IMG/VR virus record: IMGVR_UViG_3300031716_000018
Reading direction: 5' to 3' (one strand)
Source of the DNA: a virus
Length of the DNA: 45,103 nucleotides
Below are positions 34,934 to 41,156 of the stretch, piece after piece (within the stretch, counting starts at the first letter, position 1; each line of letters starts with the position of its first letter). The notes beneath the pieces are model-generated. The model searched no databases, had not been told where the DNA came from, and was given only the letters and a program-made list of their open reading frames with translations. Position numbers and translations under genes: made by a program.

Positions 34934-35107
34934 CTACTTATTCATCTCGTACCATTCCAAGATGGCTTCTTTGGCTACGGTTTCTAGCCGTTGTGAAGTC
35001 ACTGGCGTGAGGTCACCCCTCTTGACTTGTGAGAGCATCTTAGCGACACGTTCCCAGAAGTCCTGGAGAGCCTCCTGAGCAATATCATTCAGTTCTTTTT
35101 CATCCAT
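34934..35107 (-). CDS. hypothetical helical protein (57 aa), below the track length cut-off
   Basis: My own translation: MDEKELNDIAQEALQDFWERVAKMLSQVKRGDLTPVTSQRLETVAKEAILEWYEMNK. ATGA overlap with the upstream stop. Confidence 0.4.
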   Translation of the reverse strand: MDEKELNDIAQEALQDFWERVAKMLSQVKRGDLTPVTSQRLETVAKEAILEWYEMNK

Positions 35108-35295
35108 CATGAATCACTTCCTTTCTTTTCTACATTGCGAACTATTATAGTTTCAAAATTGTCCAACTTGTCAAAGAGCCTCCTTGTGTTCTCACAACAT
35201 TGAAGTTTAGCATCACGATAATTGTGAGTCTTTTTGAAGACCTTCCAAGCTCCCACAAGTTCTAATAGGCTGATAGCTTCTTCTGTAGTTGCCAT
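35107..35295 (-). CDS. hypothetical protein (62 aa)
   Basis: I chose the ATG at 35295 (MATTEEAISL), which overlaps the upstream stop. Confidence 0.45.
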   Translation of the reverse strand: MATTEEAISLLELVGAWKVFKKTHNYRDAKLQCCENTRRLFDKLDNFETIIVRNVEKKGSDS

Positions 35296-35495
35296 CAATA
35301 CTCCTTTATTACGATAGATCGCCAAACTTCCTCAGCTTCCTCAAAGATCCAGCCTGTATCTACAACTTCATCAAGTGGGATGTTATAGTGCTGAGCAACG
35401 ACATAATGAGCTAACGCCCAGCCAGGCTTGTCTGCTTGAGTTAGCCGATAAACTTGGCCATCTTTGGTCTTGATGAGCCAAACTTTCACCTTCAA
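35295..35495 (-). CDS. hypothetical protein (66 aa)
   Basis: The track start is a TTG 4 nt after AGGTGA. A GTG two codons in is an alternative start. Confidence 0.4.
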   Translation of the reverse strand: MKVKVWLIKTKDGQVYRLTQADKPGWALAHYVVAQHYNIPLDEVVDTGWIFEEAEEVWRSIVIKEY

Positions 35496-35672
35496 TTAAT
35501 CACCTGCTTTTCGCGGGCCTTTGCGAGTTGATTTGAGAGCTAGATCCTCTTCATAAAGTTCGAGGACCTTCTCTAGACATTGTCGGTCCTTTGATGGCAT
35601 ATCACCTTCCAAGAAGGAGTCAATAGCCATCATGACCAGGTCTAATTCAGGCTTCTCTAAATCCCTCATCAT
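35496..35672 (-). CDS. hypothetical protein (58 aa), below the track length cut-off
   Basis: My own translation: MMRDLEKPELDLVMMAIDSFLEGDMPSKDRQCLEKVLELYEEDLALKSTRKGPRKAGD. Starts directly after the 35673 stop. Confidence 0.4.
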   Translation of the reverse strand: MMRDLEKPELDLVMMAIDSFLEGDMPSKDRQCLEKVLELYEEDLALKSTRKGPRKAGD

Positions 35673-36158
35673 TCATCCTCCTATTTGTTTGAGTAGAGCA
35701 GCAAACTCTTGTGGATCAAGAGCTTTGAGCTGCCTAATATATTCCTTAGCATCATCTTCTGTTAGGGCCTTCTCCTTTCTTGGTTTTTTGCCAACTTGGG
35801 ATTTATCAGCATAAGGCAATTTTTCAATTTGAGGTGGTAATGACCAGTGACGTTGGCCAGACTTTGGCTTAGGGATATCACGTTCACCTTGCCGATGATC
35901 CGCTTGACCTTGAAGGAAATGCTCGATCTTTCGCTTTTCGAACTCGTTGGCAATGTAGTGATCGACGTCGTGCATCATAGGCTTTATATGCAGGTCGTAA
36001 AGCCGTAGATATTCTTCATATCGCTTTTTGAGCGATGGCTGAGCCGCATTGATCTCGTTGAGACGTTGGCGGGCCAGACGTTCTTTTTCCTCCATGATCA
36101 TGGAGATCATCCACGCGTAGGATTTGCGTTGACGATTTGCTTCTTTTACCGTAGGCAT
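35673..36158 (-). CDS. hypothetical basic helical protein (161 aa)
   Basis: AAGGAGGTG RBS. First gene downstream of the 36.2-36.4 kb repeat region. Confidence 0.55.
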   Translation of the reverse strand: MPTVKEANRQRKSYAWMISMIMEEKERLARQRLNEINAAQPSLKKRYEEYLRLYDLHIKPMMHDVDHYIANEFEKRKIEHFLQGQADHRQGERDIPKPKSGQRHWSLPPQIEKLPYADKSQVGKKPRKEKALTEDDAKEYIRQLKALDPQEFAALLKQIGG

Positions 36159-36324
36159 TGATTCTCACCTCCTTTCTGGTTACTGCGGCCCATTTTAGTG
36201 ATTTTGCACGCAGAATACCATGTGATAATGGACGCAATAAACGTGCCAGATGTCAAAAACTGCCAATAAATGCCAAAAACTTCCCAAAACTTCCATGAAT
36301 TACCTTAACTAAACGTAGTAAGGT

Positions 36325-36338
36325 GGACAATTTTGTCC
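36325..36338. repeat. Perfect 14-bp palindrome GGACAATTTTGTCC, copy 1 (operator candidate)
   Basis: Read directly. The 15-mer tggacaattttgtcc is identical in both copies. Confidence 0.85.
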
Positions 36339-36364
36339 GATTTGGTAGTATTTTGCAGAAGAAT

Positions 36365-36378
36365 GGACAATTTTGTCC
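36365..36378. repeat. Perfect 14-bp palindrome GGACAATTTTGTCC, copy 2 (operator candidate)
   Basis: Read directly. Exactly 40 bp from copy 1. Confidence 0.85.
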
Positions 36379-36427
36379 AATCCCACCTGCTGGTGGCATG
36401 TCTTCATGCAACTTCATGCAATCCCAC

Positions 36428-36739
36428 CTATTTTTCATCATCCTCAGGCTTTTTTGGAGGTGGGCCACCAAATAGCTTGTCGATTTGCTCCTGAGACATA
36501 CGCTTCTCGAGAAATTCACGGTCGGCATCATTTGAGTCGGCCGGCATGGTAGGAATGGTTGGAAGGGGCGCAATGAAGCCGTGATCTTTCATCTGCTCAG
36601 CACGTTCAACGGCCTTTGCTTTGCCAGAAGGTGTGAGACTGCGCCACTCAGCTTGGCAATTGGGTGAGCCACATGTTCTAATTTCACGACGGTAGATTTT
36701 AAGCTCAAAACAGATGGGACATAGTTTCCAGAAACCCAT
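36428..36739 (-). CDS. zinc-ribbon protein (103 aa)
   Basis: AAGGAGGA RBS. CPIC...CGSPNC. Confidence 0.55.
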   Translation of the reverse strand: MGFWKLCPICFELKIYRREIRTCGSPNCQAEWRSLTPSGKAKAVERAEQMKDHGFIAPLPTIPTMPADSNDADREFLEKRMSQEQIDKLFGGPPPKKPEDDEK

Positions 36740-36916
36740 TTGGATCCTCCTTTGAAAACAGCTAGCTTTAGTGGTTAGTAAGATCGGCGGACAAAAAAAA
36801 GCCGACCTCCATGTTTCCTCCTTTAGGGTGGCTATCTCAAAATCAGACAGCTCTCACTCACCCTCCACGAAGAACATGAAGATCGGCCTTTTAGTAGATG
36901 TTGGATCACCTCCATT

Positions 36917-37129
36917 TCATTCAAGCTGAAGCTCGACAGCTGAGCCGCACTCAGGACACGAAAATTCACAGATCAGGCGTCGGTCCTCATCGAGGAAGCG
37001 CTTGACCTCAGACATGTTAGCCATGCAAAGATCGTCTCCACCAAGATGCTCATTGGTAGCGTTCAACACCGTATTCTTCCAGGTGCGTAGTACGTGGCCC
37101 CGTGGAGCTTTGCAGATGATAGTAAACAC
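36917..37129 (-). CDS. small protein with C-terminal CPEC zinc knuckle (70 aa)
   Basis: The track start 37159 would translate the sequence AAGGAGGTGA. I treat that as the RBS and start at the GTG at 37129. Confidence 0.4.
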   Translation of the reverse strand: MFTIICKAPRGHVLRTWKNTVLNATNEHLGGDDLCMANMSEVKRFLDEDRRLICEFSCPECGSAVELQLE

Positions 37130-37164
37130 TAATGAATCACCTCCTTTCATCCCTGACATTGATG

Positions 37165-37344
37165 TTAGTTGACCAATAAGTGGAGGATGAAGTCCTCACA
37201 GCACACCTTGCAGCTGATGACGAGGCGCGCTGAGTATTCAGACTCCTCGGAAGTCGGGACGCGATGAAGGTTGAGAATTGTGTGCTCACAGACCTTCATT
37301 GGTTTGTGCTTCTCGAGGTAGTTGACTCGACAAGTGATCTCCAT
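37165..37344 (-). CDS. small Cys-rich protein (59 aa), below the track length cut-off
   Basis: My own translation: MEITCRVNYLEKHKPMKVCEHTILNLHRVPTSEESEYSARLVISCKVCCEDFILHLLVN. GAAAGGAGGTGA RBS. Confidence 0.4.
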   Translation of the reverse strand: MEITCRVNYLEKHKPMKVCEHTILNLHRVPTSEESEYSARLVISCKVCCEDFILHLLVN

Positions 37345-37368
37345 GAAATCACCTCCTTTCCCCTTTCC

Positions 37369-37397
37369 TTAACAACCTTCTTGAAGTGTGATATGAT
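37369..37397 (+). promoter_or_regulatory. Promoter-like module on the plus strand, antisense to the leftward operon: TTAACA-17-TATGAT with TGa
   Basis: ttaacaaccttcttgaagtgTGaTATGAT. Its 16-mer cttgaagtgtgatatg (37380-37395) is the inverted copy of 38127-38142. Confidence 0.3.
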
Positions 37398-37407
37398 AGG
37401 TTCGCCG

Positions 37408-37614
37408 TTAGCCCTCCAACTTCTCCAGGGTTGCGAGGGAGTATTTCTGACCTTTGCCAGTGCCAGTTTTGCAGCCATGATCTTTGAAACACTGAGTGCA
37501 GATTAGGCCCCACTGATATGATGAAGGGATCAAGCAATCATAGAACCACTGCTTGAAGGGCTGCCAGCATAACTGACAATTCTTGGGAGTTGAGCCCATC
37601 CATTTCTTAGCCAT
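37408..37614 (-). CDS. small Cys-rich protein (68 aa)
   Basis: CQLC...CTQC...C pattern, clean ORF. Confidence 0.5.
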   Translation of the reverse strand: MAKKWMGSTPKNCQLCWQPFKQWFYDCLIPSSYQWGLICTQCFKDHGCKTGTGKGQKYSLATLEKLEG

Positions 37615-37616
37615 GG

Positions 37617-37847
37617 TTAGACCTTTTTTGGTGCGTTAGTTGATGGGAGGCCTCGCTCCTCGAGTGATTCATCAACGATCTCATGGACTAATTCGTCACG
37701 CAATTTCTCGGCTTCATTGACCCATGAGCGAGGAAGGGTGATGCCTTCGTTATCTGAGCTGATTTGATCAGTTATCATTTGGAGGGCGACCTCCTCAATG
37801 ATACGTTGGCGGGCCTTGTACCAGAGCTTTTCACGATGATCTTTCAT
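37617..37847 (-). CDS. hypothetical helical protein (76 aa)
   Basis: I chose the ATG at 37847 (MKDHREKL), which follows AAAGGAG. The track start 37880 has no SD. Confidence 0.5.
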   Translation of the reverse strand: MKDHREKLWYKARQRIIEEVALQMITDQISSDNEGITLPRSWVNEAEKLRDELVHEIVDESLEERGLPSTNAPKKV

Positions 37848-37896
37848 CTTTTGATTCTCCTTTTGTGTGATAGTTAACATTTATCAGAACGGCAAT

Positions 37897-37911
37897 GTCC
37901 GATAACCGGAC
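37897..37911. repeat. Dispersed palindrome copy 6: GTCCGA-taa-CCGGAC (one arm mismatch)
   Basis: Read directly. Intergenic, 50 nt upstream of the 37847 start. Reverse complement of copy 5. Confidence 0.85.
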
Positions 37912-37936
37912 ACGATTTTCGCGCTCTCGCTCTCAC

Positions 37937-38101
37937 TCGCTGAATAGCCATGCACGTCACGCGAGGTGTCTCTTGGTAGGTACAAGGCATTTCATATTTA
38001 TCTTATTTTTTTTTTTCTTTAATTATTATAAGATAAACCTCACGATGCCTTGCCTTCGGCCTACGTATCTTGTATCTCACGGGGGCATGTATATTCAGCG
38101 A
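37937..38101. repeat. Long imperfect palindrome (about 165 bp) centred on a T11 run
   Basis: Collinear paired blocks around a centre near 38018: tcgctgaata/tattcagcga (37937/38092), catgc/gcatg (37949/38085), gtagg/cctac (37976/38060), caaggcat/atgccttg (37983/38045), tttatcttat/ataagataaa (37997/38028). The T11 run is at 38006-38016. Confidence 0.75.
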
Positions 38102-38124
38102 GCGAGCGCGCGCGCGATCATAAT

Positions 38125-38153
38125 GGCATATCACACTTCAAGGTGATTGTCAA
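38125..38153 (-). promoter_or_regulatory. sigma70-like promoter, TTGACA-17-TATGCC with TGa extended -10
   Basis: The minus strand reads TTGACAatcaccttgaagtgTGaTATGCC. It would transcribe through the long palindrome into 37847. Confidence 0.4.
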
Positions 38154-38178
38154 GCTATTTTTCGCCGGACGCTTCAGG

Positions 38179-38198
38179 TCATCCCTAAATCATGGTGG
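38179..38198. repeat. Left copy of a perfect 20-bp inverted repeat bracketing gene 38227..38628
   Basis: tcatccctaaatcatggtgg is the reverse complement of 38662-38681. The next 6 nt match at 4 of 6 positions. Confidence 0.9.
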
Positions 38199-38226
38199 CT
38201 GGTTGCGATTGCTATCTAACGGCTAT

Positions 38227-38628
38227 TTATCGCCGTTTGCCGCGAGGGGTCGGCTTCTCTGCCGGTTTCTCCGCTTCCTGAGGAGCTGCCGGTGGAGTGG
38301 GCGCCTCCTGCCCTTGCGTTTCCTGAGAGCCATTTGCTTCGCCTGGGATTTTGATGTCCGCAGCCTTGAGCAATTCGGCAATCTTAGGATCGGTTTTAGC
38401 CTTGGCGATAAGCATGTTGAGTTGCGTTTTCGCCGAGACAGTTGTTCCAGCCCTGATTTGACGTTGGACCTCGATCACGTAGGAGGATTTGATGTGCTCC
38501 ATGACTTTCTCAAGTCCCCAGAGCTTCACGGCCTCCTCGCAATTGTCAGGGAAATCAACGGTCTTTTCACCTGCGAAGGTCTTAGTCGTGCCCGTTCCGT
38601 TGTAGGCTTTGATGGTTAGTGGTTTCAT
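38227..38628 (-). CDS. hypothetical protein, paralogue of 30396..30743, with Pro/Glu/Ala-rich basic tail (133 aa)
   Basis: First gene of the leftward unit. Similarity to the other copy seen by eye: VDFPDNCEEAVKLWG...SSYVIEVQRQIRA...AELLKAADI. Confidence 0.6.
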   Translation of the reverse strand: MKPLTIKAYNGTGTTKTFAGEKTVDFPDNCEEAVKLWGLEKVMEHIKSSYVIEVQRQIRAGTTVSAKTQLNMLIAKAKTDPKIAELLKAADIKIPGEANGSQETQGQEAPTPPAAPQEAEKPAEKPTPRGKRR

Positions 38629-38661
38629 AAGTCCCTTTCTTTAGAGGTTAATGATGACCAA

Positions 38662-38681
38662 CCACCATGATTTAGGGATGA
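38662..38681. repeat. Right copy of the perfect 20-bp inverted repeat
   Basis: ccaccatgatttagggatga, 34 nt upstream of the 38628 start codon. A partial third copy (attagggatg) lies near 38990. Confidence 0.9.
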
Positions 38682-38917
38682 CAGTTGGCATGGAACAAAG
38701 TTGGCTTTTACGCGTAGGGCGTCACCATTCATCCGTTTAAGGATTTACGCAACTTGGTTCCGGCAAGGAAGGCAGATTCCATGCCAAGTGCGAGAACTCT
38801 TGAGTTATTGTCCGCGCACAACCATGTATATAGCACGATGCGTGCCGTAGTTATGGGTGAGCAACTGACCGCGTTGGGCCTGGATGTCCAATGAGCGGAC
38901 AGGTTTGACAGGCCAAT

Positions 38918-38966
38918 GTGTCAAAGGGTGGCAAAGTGCCAAGAGGGGTGTCAAAGGGTGGCAAAG
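38918..38966. repeat. Two perfect 19-bp direct repeats gtgtcaaagggtggcaaag, 30 bp apart
   Basis: Copies at 38918-38936 and 38948-38966. The sub-motif tggcaaagtg recurs at 38929 and 38969, and tggcaaag occurs three times. Confidence 0.9.
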
Positions 38967-39009
38967 GATGGCAAAGTGACATGGAATGACATTAGGGATG
39001 TAGAACAAC

Positions 39010-39059
39010 CACTAACTTACATTCAAACTCCACCAACTTCCAAGGACGACCACTAACTT
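39010..39059. repeat. Three phased 9-mers CAC(T/C)AACTT at 20-21 bp spacing (iteron-like)
   Basis: 39010-39018 cactaactt, 39031-39039 caccaactt, 39051-39059 cactaactt. The two outer copies share accactaactt. Confidence 0.8.
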
Positions 39060-39193
39060 CCCTAGATGACCGGCCCCTACCCTGGGGGTAGGTGGCACGA
39101 TTTTTGCGGGGAGGGGGGTGGGGGAGTCCCAGATTCACACCTACAAAAATCCACTGTGTGAGCTTATGGGCTGAGATGTGAGCTGAATAGCTA

Positions 39194-39222
39194 TTGACAT
39201 TAAGGCCGATCTATGATACATT
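39194..39222 (+). promoter_or_regulatory. Candidate rightward (late) promoter TTGACA-17-TACATT with TGa
   Basis: TTGACAttaaggccgatctaTGaTACATT. It would leave almost no leader before the ATG at 39233. A TATGAT 5 nt upstream makes the -10 assignment ambiguous. Confidence 0.35.
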
Positions 39223-39232
39223 GCGGGTCACA

Positions 39233-39883
39233 ATGGAAAATCTCAACGCCTCCGATCCATTCCATCCTGACAATATGCCAGTCGCGGGGCACGAGCCCAA
39301 GACACAGGTTGTCCGGATCCCGGACAGCAACGAACTTGACAATCTCATTACTGATAATAACGCCCCCGCCCCTCAATTGGCCGAGGCTGAGAATGCCACT
39401 AAATACGGCGAGGGGCGATGGGAACCAGATGTCCTAAAGCCTCGTCATCGTGAGATTCTGAGGCGCGTTTTTGAGGGCTCATCCTACCAGGACATTGCCG
39501 ATGCTATGGGCATCCATAAGCAAACGGTCATGCTAGTTGCAACCTCCAAGCTCTTTCGAGAAGAGCTCGCAAAGATGGAATCTCGTGCTGACTATACCAT
39601 CGTCTCCCGTGCTGACTCTATGGCCAACGAAGCCTTAGATAAGATCAAAACTCTCATGAGATCATCTCGCTCTGAGTTCCTCCAGAAGCAATGTGCAGAG
39701 CGTATTTTGGATACTGCTGGCTATTCTAAGGTAGAAAGGAAAATCCTTGGAATCGTTACAGGTGAAGACGTCATACGAGAACTTAACAAGCGCAAACGCG
39801 AAGCCACCTCCATTGCAGGGGATGGTGGAGGACCAGCCCTACCTGAGATTGATTTGGGTGATGGGTCGGATATCTTGCCTTGA
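39233..39883 (+). CDS. HTH DNA-binding protein, small-terminase-like by position (216 aa)
   Basis: The track ORF starts at a TTG (39194). The first ATG is 39233. REILRRVFEGSSYQDIADAMGIHKQTV is a LuxR/sigma-region-4-type HTH. First gene before terL. Confidence 0.5.
   Translation: MENLNASDPFHPDNMPVAGHEPKTQVVRIPDSNELDNLITDNNAPAPQLAEAENATKYGEGRWEPDVLKPRHREILRRVFEGSSYQDIADAMGIHKQTVMLVATSKLFREELAKMESRADYTIVSRADSMANEALDKIKTLMRSSRSEFLQKQCAERILDTAGYSKVERKILGIVTGEDVIRELNKRKREATSIAGDGGGPALPEIDLGDGSDILP
39311..39325. repeat. Dispersed palindrome copy 7: GTCCGG-atc-CCGGAC
   Basis: Read directly. Lies inside 39233..39883 (read as VRIPD). Confidence 0.9.
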
Positions 39884-40094
39884 TGCCATTGGCGCACGTC
39901 ATTTTGATCTATTAGTGGAGGATACTTATGAAGCCAACCAAGTCGAAGAAGCAGTCAAAAGAGCAAAAAGACTCAGAAAAGAAAGAACGCTCAAAGTCAA
40001 GCAAGGCAGACCGAAAAGAAGATCGTATGGGGAAGACACGGAAAGGGTCGCGGAGTTATTAGACAACTACGCGAACAGCGGGCAAAGAGGTTAA
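39861..40094 (+). CDS. possible basic protein (77 aa), doubtful
   Basis: Internal ATG of track ORF 39747..40094. Weak RBS. Competes with the 39928..40062 frame. Confidence 0.25.
   Translation: MGRISCLDAIGARHFDLLVEDTYEANQVEEAVKRAKRLRKERTLKVKQGRPKRRSYGEDTERVAELLDNYANSGQRG
39928..40062 (+). CDS. possible Lys/Ser-rich 44-aa peptide, doubtful
   Basis: My own translation: MKPTKSKKQSKEQKDSEKKERSKSSKADRKEDRMGKTRKGSRSY. GGAGGA lies 5 nt upstream of the ATG. Confidence 0.3.
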   Translation: MKPTKSKKQSKEQKDSEKKERSKSSKADRKEDRMGKTRKGSRSY

Positions 40095-40103
40095 AGATCT
40101 CAG

Positions 40104-40862
40104 ATGGGTGGCTTAGCTGATATATTAGGGAAGCAGGACTACGAGAGGCATCAGGGCGTGATCAAACCAGCCCTCCGCCCCTCAGATCATCACCCTCAGT
40201 TTAAGGGCGTCCCTGAAACAGGGCGCTATGAGGATGGGATCAATAAGGCTGAACAGATCAGCCGTAACATGGAAACCTACTTCAATAATCCCTGGGCCAT
40301 GATTGAGGACGGCCATATCTGGACCTTAGATGAAGCTGACAAACTAAATCCCGTAAAGCCCTTCCCTGATACCAAGTGGAACAAATGGATAACTGAGCAA
40401 TGGCTCTCTCGTGATCTCATCTCCCTCTTCAAATCAAGGCGTATGATGATTTCCTGGCTCTTCATCTATCTCCATCTTTGGATGGTCTTATTCCTTGAGG
40501 GTCGATCTGTCTTCTTCGTCTCTGATAAGGAGGAGAAAAGTGACGAGCTCATTGACAGAGTTGAGTTCATCTACAATCACATACCTGATGACGTTATGCT
40601 TAAACCCGTTGCTAAGCGAACGTACTGCCACTTTGAAGTGCCAGGACTCAACAATTACATACTCGGTGTCGCACAAGGAGCTCGCCAGCTTGCTCAATAT
40701 ACAGCGTCAGCTCTTTTCTTTGATGAGTTCGCACACTGGGAACGAGCGCGAGAAACGTTTATGGCAGCTAAACCAACTATTGATGGTGGTGGAAAGGTAA
40801 CCCTCGTATCATCACCAAAGGAAGGATTCTTCAAAGAACTATGCTTCGATCAAGTCCGTTGA
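40104..40862 (+). CDS. terL: terminase large subunit, N-terminal ATPase fragment (252 aa)
   Basis: KSRRMMIS (Walker-A-like), LFFDEFAHW (Walker B), GKVTLVSSP (coupling motif). The ORF stops 15 codons after the coupling motif. Confidence 0.7.
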   Translation: MGGLADILGKQDYERHQGVIKPALRPSDHHPQFKGVPETGRYEDGINKAEQISRNMETYFNNPWAMIEDGHIWTLDEADKLNPVKPFPDTKWNKWITEQWLSRDLISLFKSRRMMISWLFIYLHLWMVLFLEGRSVFFVSDKEEKSDELIDRVEFIYNHIPDDVMLKPVAKRTYCHFEVPGLNNYILGVAQGARQLAQYTASALFFDEFAHWERARETFMAAKPTIDGGGKVTLVSSPKEGFFKELCFDQVR

Positions 40863-41143
40863 TCAAAGAGCACATACTCAACAGTCTGCTGATTGGCGGG
40901 CTATTGTTGGTGATTAGTATGATGACTGGATGTACTGGCATATTGTTCACTGATGCTCTCCGTCGTGGGGATAAGTTATCCAAAGAAGAGATCGCAGCTT
41001 ACGAATCTGTTGGCATGGTCGTCGTAGGTTGTATAACTGCCAATGGCCCGCCGCCAATAGGCGCAACTACATGGCTCATCTTCCCGAAAGGACAATCATT
41101 GAGTGGGATCAATTTCACTGATGGGTGTCACCTTAGACAATAG
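40841..41143 (+). CDS. lipoprotein (100 aa) encoded in the terL insert
   Basis: MLRSSPLIKEHILNSLLIGGLLLVISMMTGC gives a charged n-region, a hydrophobic core and the lipobox-like MTG/C. AAGGAAGGA lies 14 nt upstream. Confidence 0.5.
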   Translation: MLRSSPLIKEHILNSLLIGGLLLVISMMTGCTGILFTDALRRGDKLSKEEIAAYESVGMVVVGCITANGPPPIGATTWLIFPKGQSLSGINFTDGCHLRQ

Positions 41144-41156
41144 TTTAGGAGGATTT

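Noticed and set aside
36253-36573. 106-aa minus-strand ORF across the 36.2-36.4 kb repeat island
   Set aside because: It has no RBS. It overlaps the well-supported 36428..36739 gene out of frame and runs through the palindromes and tandem repeats.
38050-38619. 189-aa plus-strand ORF. Similar antisense ORFs include 22161..22769, 34499..34987, 10320..10940 and 16015..16443.
   Set aside because: These are shadow ORFs opposite well-supported genes. They lack RBSs and have Arg/Leu/Ser-rich or otherwise skewed composition.
38918-38966. Mini CRISPR array
   Set aside because: There are only two 19-bp repeats with an 11-bp interval, no further units and no cas genes. The phased spacing fits protein-binding sites better.
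38805-39008. 67-aa minus-strand ORF in the control region
   Set aside because: It has no RBS. Its repetitive peptide (LCHPLTP/LCHPLTH) simply mirrors the 19-bp direct repeats, and it lies in otherwise non-coding regulatory DNA.
39108-39124. G-quadruplex in the G4-A-G6-T-G5 tract
   Set aside because: There are only three G-runs. The six-G run cannot supply two G3 columns with a loop, so a canonical three-tetrad G4 is not supported.
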